From the NCBI GenBank assembly GCA_964620905.1, contig CAZUKA010000001.1, positions 298,589 to 362,588 on the forward strand: 64,000 nt of DNA. The letters run 5' to 3'. Position numbers and translations under genes: made by a program. Shown in pieces: positions 33,068 to 44,827 of the stretch. Each line of letters opens with the position of its first letter. The first letter of the stretch is position 1. The stretch comes from an uncultured Gammaproteobacteria bacterium. GTDB taxonomy: Bacteria > Patescibacteriota > Patescibacteriia > S139-126. The notes below the pieces were generated by a model that worked only from the letters and a program-made list of their open reading frames with translations, had not been told where the DNA came from and did not search any database.

Positions 33068-33367
33068 TCATGAGATTATTTTTATATCTTTGATTTTTCC
33101 TGAACCAAATTTTCTGGCTAATTCGGATAAAATTAACTCCCGACGAATCTTTATTTCCTGAGCAATAGTAGGATGTAAAACTGCCACTGCTAAGATATTA
33201 TGACGAAAATAAGCCGCTTTCATATATTTGCTCATTGTTTTATCCCAAACTTTAGGCACAATCTTATCAAACTCCTCCAAAATCAAAGTGGCCTCAATTT
33301 TGCTGGCTAAACCTTTGGCTGTGACCTGACGGTTGATTAGATCCTTAAATGATGAAAAAGTAGACAT
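33068..33367 (-). CDS. DUF721/DciA-like protein
   Basis: Size and pattern (L.VAV.HPTIAQEI....ELILSEL...G...IKDIKI) match DUF721. Confidence 0.7.
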   Translation of the reverse strand: MSTFSSFKDLINRQVTAKGLASKIEATLILEEFDKIVPKVWDKTMSKYMKAAYFRHNILAVAVLHPTIAQEIKIRRELILSELARKFGSGKIKDIKIIS

Positions 33368-33545
33368 ATATATTGTTTGTTATTATTTTAACTGATTGAT
33401 ATTTTATTACAAATACCAATTAGCCAGATTTCCACATCTCAAAATCAAAAAACCATTGCTTTTTTGACAAAATATGTGTATAATTCTATAGATTTATCCT
33501 GGTTATCAGGATAGGTCTTTTATTTTTTAATTTATAAATTAAATT

Positions 33546-34988
33546 ATGATGTCTACAACTTTAAAAAATAGTCTGGGTAGAATACTGGCCCAACGCTTAT
33601 TTTGGCGCTTAATGCCAATAATCGCTCTGGCTATAACTTCAGTCGCTCAAGCTGCAACTGAAGAAGGTGGAGCTGGTCATAGTGCAGCTTTTACTTTTCT
33701 TTGGATCGCGGTAATTTTAATTGCCGCCAAGATTTCTGGCCTGGTAGAACGCTGGGGACAGCCTTCTGTGCTTGGCGAATTAGTAATTGGTGTTATTATC
33801 GGTAACTTAGCGCTCCTTGGCCTCCACTGGTTTGAACCAATCAAAGCAGACCCAATTATTGCTTTTTTAGCTGAACTCGGGGTAGTTATTTTGCTATTTC
33901 AAATTGGTCTTGAATCAAATATCGCCAAGATGAAACAAGTAGGTATGCGCGCCTTTATGGTCGCTACTATTGGAGTTGTAGCACCGTTTATACTGGGTAC
34001 CTATGTAATCGGACCATGGCTCATGCCGGGCTTAGAATTTAATGCGTATTTATTTTTAGGAGCAACCTTAACTGCTACTTCGGTCGGTATTACTGCCCGA
34101 GTATTTAAAGATTTAAAAAAATTGCAAATACCAGAAGCACAAATCGTGCTAGGAGCCGCTGTAATTGATGACGTAATGGGACTTATTATCTTAGCCGTTG
34201 TGTCAGCCATAGTCACGGTTGGAAGCGTTGGTATTGGTATGATTACTTGGATTACAGCCAAAGCTATTTTATTTTTAGTACTCGCAGTTGTTATTGGCCA
34301 GCTCCTTGCGCCACAACTTGGTAAATGGTTTGCCAAAATACATACTGGCATAGGTATGAAACTTACCCTTGCGCTCGCATTTGGACTTATTACTGCCTTT
34401 TTAGCTCAAGTAATAGGACTTGCTCCAATCGTTGGGGCATTTGCTGCTGGTTTAGTCTTAGATCCTGTGCACTTTAAATTTTTCAAAGATCCACAAATTG
34501 TTGAAGATATAAAAGAATCATTAAAGGAATCAACTGATCAAACTCTGAAAGAAAAAGTAGATAAAGTAATGGAACATCATTCACATCGTCATATTGAAGA
34601 TCTAATAGAACCAATTGGTTTTTTCTTAGTCCCTCTTTTCTTTGTCTATACTGGCATTAATGTAAAATTAGAAACCATGTTTGATCTGCCGGTACTCCTA
34701 GTAGCACTTGGCGTAACCGCAGCTGCGTTTATTGGTAAAATAGTATCTGGTCTTGCAGCTGGTAAAGTCAATAAATGGCTAGTAGGCTTTGGTATGATCC
34801 CCAGAGGTGAGGTTGGCTTAATTTTTGCTGTAATTGGTAAATCACTTGGTGTGGTAAATGATGAAGTATTTTCTATTGTGGTTATCATGGTCATACTCAC
34901 AACCCTTGCTACCCCACCGATACTTACCTACTTATTGAAAAAGCAAGATAAAAAATTACCTACCCCAGAACCTGAAACTATAAAATAA
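33546..34988 (+). CDS. Cation:proton antiporter (CPA2, NapA/GerN-like)
   Basis: LLFQIGLE, ATSVGIT, AAVIDD, GAFAAG and MIPRGEVGL motifs. Confidence 0.92.
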   Translation: MMSTTLKNSLGRILAQRLFWRLMPIIALAITSVAQAATEEGGAGHSAAFTFLWIAVILIAAKISGLVERWGQPSVLGELVIGVIIGNLALLGLHWFEPIKADPIIAFLAELGVVILLFQIGLESNIAKMKQVGMRAFMVATIGVVAPFILGTYVIGPWLMPGLEFNAYLFLGATLTATSVGITARVFKDLKKLQIPEAQIVLGAAVIDDVMGLIILAVVSAIVTVGSVGIGMITWITAKAILFLVLAVVIGQLLAPQLGKWFAKIHTGIGMKLTLALAFGLITAFLAQVIGLAPIVGAFAAGLVLDPVHFKFFKDPQIVEDIKESLKESTDQTLKEKVDKVMEHHSHRHIEDLIEPIGFFLVPLFFVYTGINVKLETMFDLPVLLVALGVTAAAFIGKIVSGLAAGKVNKWLVGFGMIPRGEVGLIFAVIGKSLGVVNDEVFSIVVIMVILTTLATPPILTYLLKKQDKKLPTPEPETIK

Positions 34989-34999
34989 TATTCGTACTA

Positions 35000-35026
35000 A
35001 AAATCCCGCCATTTTGGCGGGATTTT
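35000..35026. terminator. Bidirectional terminator
   Basis: AAAATCCCGCCA/TGGCGGGATTTT between convergent genes. Confidence 0.8.
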
Positions 35027-36389
35027 ATTTTATTTTTTTTATAATCCCCTTATTGGCGTCAACCTCTACTATATCTCGATCTTTAAATACTTTGCTTGCA
35101 AATTGAGTGCCCACTATACAGGGTTTTTTATATTCCCGCGCTATTATCGCAGCATGGCTTGTTAAACCGCCATCATCTGTCACAACTGCTTTGGCTTTAA
35201 GCATATAAGGAGTAAATACTGGATAGGTAAACTTAGCAACAAAAATATCTTTACTAGTTACTTTCATCAAATCTTTTTCATTTGCTATAATTTTTACTAT
35301 TCCCCTTACTTTACCCTGACAAGCAACACTACCTTTAACTATTGTATTTTTATCATGGGAACTTATTTTGTTTAACCATTCACTATTATTTGCATTAGAA
35401 ATAAAATATATGCAATTTTTTTCATAGTAATATGCGTATAACCCTTTGGTGCGCAATTTTAACTCTTTTAAATCTGGCCTTATATCTAACTGCAAATAAC
35501 TAAAACCTTCTTTAATAGTCATATTCGTTGCATCACGCAAAGAAATACCTAACTGTTTAGCTAAATACTCATAAAAAGGCCGCGCATAAAATTGCCCTTG
35601 TTTCCACACATCTACTCTGTCAGTTTTTAGCCACACAAATTCACGGGCTATTTCAATTTTTTGCTTTAACTTTTTATCTTTAATAGTTTCAATAAAATTA
35701 GAAAAATCTTTTTTTGATTTAGCAAAATTTTTATATTGATCAAGAATTATATTTTTGTTTAACTTTTTACGTAAAGTAAAAAAATATTTTTTATCATAGG
35801 ACTCTTCAAATGGATTATAGGCATTTAACCAACCATATTTTTTTACTAATACTTTGTCAGATAAACGAAATATATCTTTTTCCATTTTCATATATTCAAT
35901 CGGCCTATTTAGAGAAAATATAACATCCACTTTATCTGGATACTTGCTTATTATTTCTGGTTCATAAATATAAATTGCTGACCACGCTCCCCAAATATAA
36001 TCACAAAAATCATACGCACTTTGCAAATACTCACCATAACTTTTGCTAATGGCTTTTTTATTTTTCTTTTGCGATACTTGACCTAAAATTTTAGCTTTTT
36101 TTATTAAATCATTTTTCTTAGGTACATACTTTTCCAAATAGGTATACCAATTTTTACTCATTTCTTTTCCCAAAATAGTCAAAGTATTCTGATTTGATTG
36201 GGGTTCAAAATAATAGCTAAATACTTTACCATCAGGTACAACTATAAAACTTTTTACCCCCTTGTCTACAATCCAAGATACCCACACTTCGACTCTTGCA
36301 ATACAATCTACTCGCGAAGTAAAATACTCAAATTGCTCTTTGGGTAACGTGATTGAATTATATATATTTTTATATGGATTAAATTTCAT
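35025..36389 (-). CDS. Protein with C-terminal PEP-utilising mobile (phospho-His swivel) domain
   Basis: VVTDDGGLTSHAAIIAREYKKPCIVGT...VDANKG. Confidence 0.85.
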   Translation of the reverse strand: MKFNPYKNIYNSITLPKEQFEYFTSRVDCIARVEVWVSWIVDKGVKSFIVVPDGKVFSYYFEPQSNQNTLTILGKEMSKNWYTYLEKYVPKKNDLIKKAKILGQVSQKKNKKAISKSYGEYLQSAYDFCDYIWGAWSAIYIYEPEIISKYPDKVDVIFSLNRPIEYMKMEKDIFRLSDKVLVKKYGWLNAYNPFEESYDKKYFFTLRKKLNKNIILDQYKNFAKSKKDFSNFIETIKDKKLKQKIEIAREFVWLKTDRVDVWKQGQFYARPFYEYLAKQLGISLRDATNMTIKEGFSYLQLDIRPDLKELKLRTKGLYAYYYEKNCIYFISNANNSEWLNKISSHDKNTIVKGSVACQGKVRGIVKIIANEKDLMKVTSKDIFVAKFTYPVFTPYMLKAKAVVTDDGGLTSHAAIIAREYKKPCIVGTQFASKVFKDRDIVEVDANKGIIKKIK

Positions 36390-37486
36390 TATATTTTTTT
36401 GATAATTCCTTTATCCGCATTAAGCTCTAGCATATCTCCATTTTTAAATACTTTAGTAGCAAATTTTGTTCCAATTATACAGGGCTTTTTAAGCTCACGC
36501 GCAATAATAGCTGCGTGACATAAAATACCTCCTTCATCAGTAATAATACCAGCACTTCTTTTTAACAAAGACATTAAATCTGGGTGTGTCATAGAAGCAA
36601 CTACAATATACTTATATGCTGGTGTATTACACTTACCCATATTACTGATTAAATAAGCCTTAGCTGTAACATTTCCTTTATAAATAGATATTCCTTCGAG
36701 TTCATTCACCCGATCGATCTTCGGCCATAAATAATTATGTATTTTATTTAAATCACCTGACTTATATAAAACTTGTTCCTTTTTACCATAGTGCAAAAAA
36801 AAATATTTCTTTTTCCTTACTTGGTATAAACTCATTACCTGTTTAATATTTAACTTTTTTCTAAGAAATTGTAAGAATTCTCTACGAGTTAGATAACATA
36901 AAGCATCACCATTAAATTTATTATTAATACTCAACCCTTGAGCAGCTCTACTTAATAATTTTTCAAATAAAACATATTGTTTTGCTACTTCGTTTCTTTC
37001 ATTACCTATTCTTACGACCATTTTACTCGATATGATATTGGTTTTATTTTGGAAAAGTCTAAAAAAACAATTATAAATTGCAATAGCAAAATGAATATCG
37101 ATGGAATACTTATATAATAACCCCAGAGTTTTAAAATATTTTTTATTATTTAAAGATTTTTCAATGGTAGATAAATGTAATTTATTTGATTTATATAATA
37201 TATAAGCTTTTTTTAAAACAATATCAACTTTTTTGTTTGCATCACTTTTTAAATAATTTGAAAGCTTTTGGCGTAAATCATCTTCATTTACAAGCGAATA
37301 AATATCTCCTCCTTTTCCAAACGCACCAAGCGCATTATAACCAAAACCAAATATTTTTTTCAGCCTTACCAAATAAGCCTGAGATAAACTACTCATGGTA
37401 TACAATGAGAGGTCTCGACGAATTGAAGGATGTAAACCGAGTTCTTTTAATTTTCTTATTACTTTTTCTACTTTATTTTTTTTCAT
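36389..37486 (-). CDS. Protein with C-terminal PEP-utilising mobile (phospho-His swivel) domain
   Basis: IITDEGGILCHAAIIARELKKPCIIGT...LNADKG. Confidence 0.85.
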   Translation of the reverse strand: MKKNKVEKVIRKLKELGLHPSIRRDLSLYTMSSLSQAYLVRLKKIFGFGYNALGAFGKGGDIYSLVNEDDLRQKLSNYLKSDANKKVDIVLKKAYILYKSNKLHLSTIEKSLNNKKYFKTLGLLYKYSIDIHFAIAIYNCFFRLFQNKTNIISSKMVVRIGNERNEVAKQYVLFEKLLSRAAQGLSINNKFNGDALCYLTRREFLQFLRKKLNIKQVMSLYQVRKKKYFFLHYGKKEQVLYKSGDLNKIHNYLWPKIDRVNELEGISIYKGNVTAKAYLISNMGKCNTPAYKYIVVASMTHPDLMSLLKRSAGIITDEGGILCHAAIIARELKKPCIIGTKFATKVFKNGDMLELNADKGIIKKI

Positions 37487-37492
37487 ATCATA

Positions 37493-40400
37493 TTACTTCG
37501 CCTGCGAAAATTCGCAAATCTTATTAAAATCACAATGTGCGCAAATAAACGGATTGGGGCTAGGAATGAAATTGTTTTGTTTAATCTGTTCAATAGTAGC
37601 TAAAATATCCTGCTTCATTTCAGCTAGTTCTTTATCCGTACCAATAAAACTTAATTTTTTACCATCATCCAAATAATAATAAGTCAGATTTTTGACATTT
37701 TTTTCACCGATTTGTTGAGCTGCCAATTGATAAATCAGTAGCTGTTTTTTGTTGTCCTTATCCAGTTTTTCTTTAGAACTTCCGGTCTTATAATCAATAA
37801 TCTCTAAACTATTATCTGCCAATCTATCTACTCGATCAATCCGACCGGTTAGTTGCCAGTCATCTATTTTTAAATTAAATTTACTTTCCAATCTTTCCGG
37901 GATTACTTTTTCTTTTTCCCAGTTGTCATAAAAATTTTTCAAAGCCTCTTTGCCCTTTTGATAATACTGTTCTTTTTGTTTTTTACTTTCATACCAGTCA
38001 TCTAACCAACACTCATCATAAATTCTCAGCATATTATCAAGGGTTGGCAAATTATTTTTTATAATTGATTTATCAAATAAGTCTGCTTGTCGTAATGATG
38101 TTGCCAATTTTACTTGTTCAAAAAACTTTTGCATAGTCTGATGCATAGTAGTGCCATAACTGAAAGTAAATTTCCCTCGTACCGGAATACGCAAGATATA
38201 AGCAAACTTATACTGCAAAGGACAAGCCTGATAAGAACTAATTTGACTATAGGAAAAAACTTTTGGCGTCGGAAAATTGTAAGCTTTTGCCAATGATTTT
38301 TTGTCTATCCTAATTGTCTTAACTGGTGATAATATTTTTTTAACATTATCAGTTGCTTTAACTGATTTTTCTTTTATCTCTCTTACCAATCCCAATTCAT
38401 ATAAAAACTGACTGGGTTTTTTCTCGCGTACTCCCCCATAATCTTTAGCACCAGATAAAAATAAACCCAATTTTGATCTAGTAATTGCTACATACAATAA
38501 ACGTCTTTCTTCCTGCAAATGTGCATCTCCTTCGGGTAAGATATCTTTGATTAGTTTATCAGGCAAAAGAATTGGTTCTTTTCTTTCTGTGGTTGGAAAT
38601 CTTTTATCTACTAAATTTGGTATAAACACGTATTTAAACTCCAATCCTTTGGCACCATGAATGGTCATTATGCTAACGGTTTCTGGTCCACTACTTGGAT
38701 CCCAAATCATCTTACCCTGTTCTCCAGCATCCAACTCCATTTCCATTTCTATCAAGAAATCCCTCACTTGATTGTCACTAAAACTTTTTTCAAACTCTTT
38801 GGCTTTTTGCAAAAATTGGTTTATATAATTGATATTAGCTTGGGCTTTCTCTGAATCTATCTTGGTCAAATACTGACTATAACCAGTATCTTCTAAAAAA
38901 GATAAAATGACTTTGGTAATTGGTTTACTTTTAGCAATTTGAGTATGTTTATCAATCCAACCCAAAAGCTTACTAACCTCGGTTGTAGTTTGGGGAGATA
39001 CATTTTTTAAAAAAGAAATATTGTTTAGAGTTTCAAACAATGACCAATTTTTTCGATTGGTCCAATAATTCAAATTAATAATTTGCGATTGTTCTATATG
39101 TAAAATCGGTAAATTTAACATTCGATACAACGCCGGCGATTCGTGATAATTATCAAGCAAACGTAAATAATTGATAATATCCAAAATAATTGGCTTAAAA
39201 TAAAGCCCACGAGAAGCAAAAAACTGAAAAGGTATCTGCCGGCTTTCCAACTCTTGAATAAACTCTTTAGCGCTGTCATTGGCCCGAACTAAAATTGCCA
39301 AATCATTCCAAGTCAAATCAGAATCTTTTTCCTTTAAACTGGCAATCTTATCAACCACGCTCGCGACCTCTTGTTCTAAAGAATCATATAAATCAAAGAC
39401 AATCTCACCGGGTTTATTTGATTGAGCGGTCAATTTTTTTGATAAATTTTTCTTATGGTCATTTAATTTTACTTCCAATCTATCTGGGTTGTTGAGTTGA
39501 ATAAAGTTATATGCCAAATCCAAAATATTCTGACTACTACGATAATTGGCTTGTAAAAAAACTTCCTGACTCTGCGGAAAATCTTTTTTGAAATTTAAAA
39601 TATTAGATACTGACGCGCCCCGAAATTTATAAATAGATTGGTCATCATCACCAACCACAGTAATATTGTTTTTTGGTTGTGCTAGCAATTTTATCAGTTC
39701 GTATTGTGCCCAATTGGTATCCTGAAACTCATCGACTAGAATATATTTAAATTGTTGTTGATAATATTGAAGAATTCTTGTTCTGGTTTTAAATAACTTT
39801 AAAGTATAGTTGATTAAATCACCAAAATCCAATGAATTATTGGCAAGTAATATCTGCTGATAAATATGATAGGCAGTGGCCACTTCATTTAACCTGCTTA
39901 TTTCTTGTTCATTAACTTCATTATTTGTACCCTTAATTCTTAATTCTTTATTCTTAATTCTAGCCTTTCCCTTACTCCCCTCCATATCATCAAGGTTTAT
40001 TTTCAGTTCCTCAGCATAAGCTAAATAATCAACCGGATAAATTTCCTCGTCTTTACAACGAGAAAAATGCTGTAATAATGCATGGATAAATTTGGTAGGA
40101 TTACCCAAGGGCGCATAATAATCAAGCAAAAACTTATCTAGATTTTTTCTTATCAACAGCCAACTTTGCGTCTGATCTAATAGTTTAAAATTGGTTGACA
40201 GACCTATATCCAAAGCGTGTAGATGTAAAACTCTCTCACAAAAAGCATGAAAAGTGGAAATCCACAAATCTACATAACCATAAGGCAAAGCTCTATCCAC
40301 CCGCTCTTCCATCTCCCCAGCGGCTTTGTCTGTAAAAGTCAGAGCTAAAATTTGATCAGCAGTTAATTTTTTTTCTTGTACCAACCAGTTTATCCGCTGA

Positions 40401-40513
40401 GTAATAACCGTAGTTTTGCCAGTACCAGCTCCAGCCACAATCAACAATGGCCCTTCACCATGAGTAACAGCTTCTTTCTGTGCTTGATTTAAACTATTAA
40501 GATTTATTTCCAT
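37493..40513 (-). CDS. UvrD/PcrA SF1 helicase fused to a C-terminal RecB-like PD-(D/E)xK nuclease
   Basis: AGAGTGKT, DEFQD, GDDDQSIY.FRGA, TIHGAKGLEF, EERRLLYVA; nuclease GRIDR..IIDYK, QL.IY; Cys CP...CAHCDFNKIC. Confidence 0.92.
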   Translation of the reverse strand: MEINLNSLNQAQKEAVTHGEGPLLIVAGAGTGKTTVITQRINWLVQEKKLTADQILALTFTDKAAGEMEERVDRALPYGYVDLWISTFHAFCERVLHLHALDIGLSTNFKLLDQTQSWLLIRKNLDKFLLDYYAPLGNPTKFIHALLQHFSRCKDEEIYPVDYLAYAEELKINLDDMEGSKGKARIKNKELRIKGTNNEVNEQEISRLNEVATAYHIYQQILLANNSLDFGDLINYTLKLFKTRTRILQYYQQQFKYILVDEFQDTNWAQYELIKLLAQPKNNITVVGDDDQSIYKFRGASVSNILNFKKDFPQSQEVFLQANYRSSQNILDLAYNFIQLNNPDRLEVKLNDHKKNLSKKLTAQSNKPGEIVFDLYDSLEQEVASVVDKIASLKEKDSDLTWNDLAILVRANDSAKEFIQELESRQIPFQFFASRGLYFKPIILDIINYLRLLDNYHESPALYRMLNLPILHIEQSQIINLNYWTNRKNWSLFETLNNISFLKNVSPQTTTEVSKLLGWIDKHTQIAKSKPITKVILSFLEDTGYSQYLTKIDSEKAQANINYINQFLQKAKEFEKSFSDNQVRDFLIEMEMELDAGEQGKMIWDPSSGPETVSIMTIHGAKGLEFKYVFIPNLVDKRFPTTERKEPILLPDKLIKDILPEGDAHLQEERRLLYVAITRSKLGLFLSGAKDYGGVREKKPSQFLYELGLVREIKEKSVKATDNVKKILSPVKTIRIDKKSLAKAYNFPTPKVFSYSQISSYQACPLQYKFAYILRIPVRGKFTFSYGTTMHQTMQKFFEQVKLATSLRQADLFDKSIIKNNLPTLDNMLRIYDECWLDDWYESKKQKEQYYQKGKEALKNFYDNWEKEKVIPERLESKFNLKIDDWQLTGRIDRVDRLADNSLEIIDYKTGSSKEKLDKDNKKQLLIYQLAAQQIGEKNVKNLTYYYLDDGKKLSFIGTDKELAEMKQDILATIEQIKQNNFIPSPNPFICAHCDFNKICEFSQAK
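39935..39962 (-). repeat. 7-bp tandem repeat x4, in frame in the helicase (RIKNKELRIK)
   Basis: AATTCTT AATTCTT TATTCTT AATTCTA on the + strand. Confidence 0.75.
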
Positions 40514-40614
40514 AATACTATTTTATCACCCTAAAGTATGATTGACAAAAAATCAATTTGGTGCTAATTTATAAAATTATTACATTAAAAAATAAAATAT
40601 AAAAGGAATAAATC

Positions 40615-41043
40615 ATGAAAAGAATCAACTTAAGTAAACCAGCTAGCCAAATCTGGAGTATTGGCTTTTTTCTTTGTTTAGTTTGCACATTTATATATTT
40701 TTATTTAGTCGGTCATTCAACCGTCCCAACTATTGCTAGCCCGATTAATATAATTGAACTAATTCTAAACTACTGGATATTTTCCCTTCCTCTAAGCATA
40801 GTCGGTTTTATATTTTTTATCAGATATTATCTAATACTAAAAAGAAAATACAAATCAAACCAAAAAGAATACTTATCTATAATTTCTACTATGCTTATGC
40901 TAGCTTTATTTCCTTCAATTGTATTTGGCGCTGCTCTCCTAGAGATCACATCAAGCTATTTTGCTTTTATTCCTACTGCTTTAATTATCGCCTGTTTGGT
41001 GATAATTAATATATTAAAAAACTTTAAACAAACCTCGTTTTAG
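40615..41043 (+). CDS. Orphan 4-TM membrane protein
   Basis: TTGACA-17-TAATTT promoter, AAGGA SD, terminator. Confidence 0.6.
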   Translation: MKRINLSKPASQIWSIGFFLCLVCTFIYFYLVGHSTVPTIASPINIIELILNYWIFSLPLSIVGFIFFIRYYLILKRKYKSNQKEYLSIISTMLMLALFPSIVFGAALLEITSSYFAFIPTALIIACLVIINILKNFKQTSF

Positions 41044-41157
41044 AAAAACGAGGTTTTAATATAATTTTTTAATTCAAAATATGATTGACAAAATCCCAAA
41101 AATGTGCTATCATTCTAAATTAGTAGTTATTTAAAATCAACAAAAAAAGGACAAAAA

Positions 41158-41448
41158 ATGAAAGATTTCATTCTTTCTATAATAATCATTTTTGGACTAT
41201 TTAGTATAGTCTATCTGATGTCAATTATTTTTGTAATTTTCTTAATCATTGCCTGGGCTCTCCTGGGCACAACAAGTTCTCTCTTTATGGGAGATTTAAA
41301 TTCTTTTCTTATATTTAATAAACAAAATCCTGCACTTATATATATTGCAGCCGGGTTTTCCTTTTTATTTATCGCTTACAAAGCGATACATGAAAAAAAT
41401 AAAAAGAAAAGAAACTTTCGCGGTACATTTATCCGCGGACAAAAATAA
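41158..41448 (+). CDS. Orphan membrane protein
   Basis: TTGACA-17-TATCAT promoter, AAGGA SD, terminator at 41454-41478. Confidence 0.6.
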   Translation: MKDFILSIIIIFGLFSIVYLMSIIFVIFLIIAWALLGTTSSLFMGDLNSFLIFNKQNPALIYIAAGFSFLFIAYKAIHEKNKKKRNFRGTFIRGQK

Positions 41449-41522
41449 TATTTGCCTACCTTTGCAGGTAGGCTTTTTAATTAAAAAGACCCTCATTGGG
41501 GTCTTTAATTTTTTTAATCAAT

Positions 41523-41933
41523 TTACACAATCCAGTCGCAAGAATTATCTTGAAAAATTTTGATCATTTTAAAATCAATTTTAACGTTGGGAAATTTCAA
41601 ACGCAATAATTCAATGACTTCTTCATTGATTTGTTTGTGTTTCTTTAGTTCGTCCTCTATATCTGCAAATTTTTTAAAATGAGACTTATAAGCCCCACAA
41701 TCCAAATGATCAAACAATACAATTTCACTATTGCTATGCATATTGATAATATCTTCAATCATCTTCAATACCAACAAGCGGGAGTCAGGCAGAGACAAGG
41801 CTAAGATGGGATTGGCAAACTGAATGGTGTCAAAGTTACCAAATAAATTATTGTTCACCAAAAAATCATGGTAAATTTTTTTAATTCGTGGTTCAGTACA
41901 GATCAAATGAAGATACTTAACTGGTTTGGACAT
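41523..41933 (-). CDS. Beta-carbonic-anhydrase-like Zn protein
   Basis: CTEPR (cf. CxDxR) and HLDCGAY (HxxC) Zn-ligand motifs. Confidence 0.65.
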   Translation of the reverse strand: MSKPVKYLHLICTEPRIKKIYHDFLVNNNLFGNFDTIQFANPILALSLPDSRLLVLKMIEDIINMHSNSEIVLFDHLDCGAYKSHFKKFADIEDELKKHKQINEEVIELLRLKFPNVKIDFKMIKIFQDNSCDWIV

Positions 41934-41983
41934 AATTTACTCCTTTATTTTTAATGTATGAATAAAATATATTATAAAAATTA

Positions 41984-42436
41984 CTATAATTTGTCAATAC
42001 CTTCTCGGCTGGTTCTAATACCTTTCAACTGACGATACTTTTTGCCAACTTTGAGTCTGGCCATTTCTCTTTCCAAGTTAGCAACTACGGCGGCGTATTC
42101 TTCTTGATCATCAATTTTTTCTGTTAATAATTTTTCCGCTCGCGCTCTCGCCTCTTCTACCTTTTCTAAATCAATCTCAGTCGCTAAATCAGCAGAATCA
42201 GCTAAAATAGTGACACTATTTTTCCCCACTTCAATAAACCCACCAGAAACGGCCATAAATTCTTCGTTATTATCAACTTTGATATGTAATTCCCCCGGTG
42301 CTAGCAACGAAATCAAAGGAATGTGTTCTGGTAATACGGTAATCTCCCCTTGCCGAGTAGGGATTGAGACGCTATCAACTTGCTGGTCGAAAACCTTTCG
42401 TTCTGGGGTGGTAATTTTTAAATGAATTTTATTCAT
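41984..42436 (-). CDS. atpC: ATP synthase epsilon subunit
   Basis: ITTPER, GEITVLPEH and VSGGFIEV motifs. Confidence 0.95.
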   Translation of the reverse strand: MNKIHLKITTPERKVFDQQVDSVSIPTRQGEITVLPEHIPLISLLAPGELHIKVDNNEEFMAVSGGFIEVGKNSVTILADSADLATEIDLEKVEEARARAEKLLTEKIDDQEEYAAVVANLEREMARLKVGKKYRQLKGIRTSREGIDKL

Positions 42437-42477
42437 AAATAGCTACCATGTTAATCCTAGGATATATTATTGATTAA

Positions 42478-42508
42478 TAATCTTAATTTTTAATTCTAGA
42501 TTCTAATT

Positions 42509-42511
<3 letters not shown>
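42478..42511. repeat. 7-bp tandem repeat directly after the atpD stop
   Basis: TAATCTT AATTTTT AATTCTA GATTCTA ATTCTA. Confidence 0.6.
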
Positions 42512-44799
<2,288 letters not shown>

Positions 44800-44827
44800 A
44801 AACTAATTTTTGAAAATTTATAGCTAA

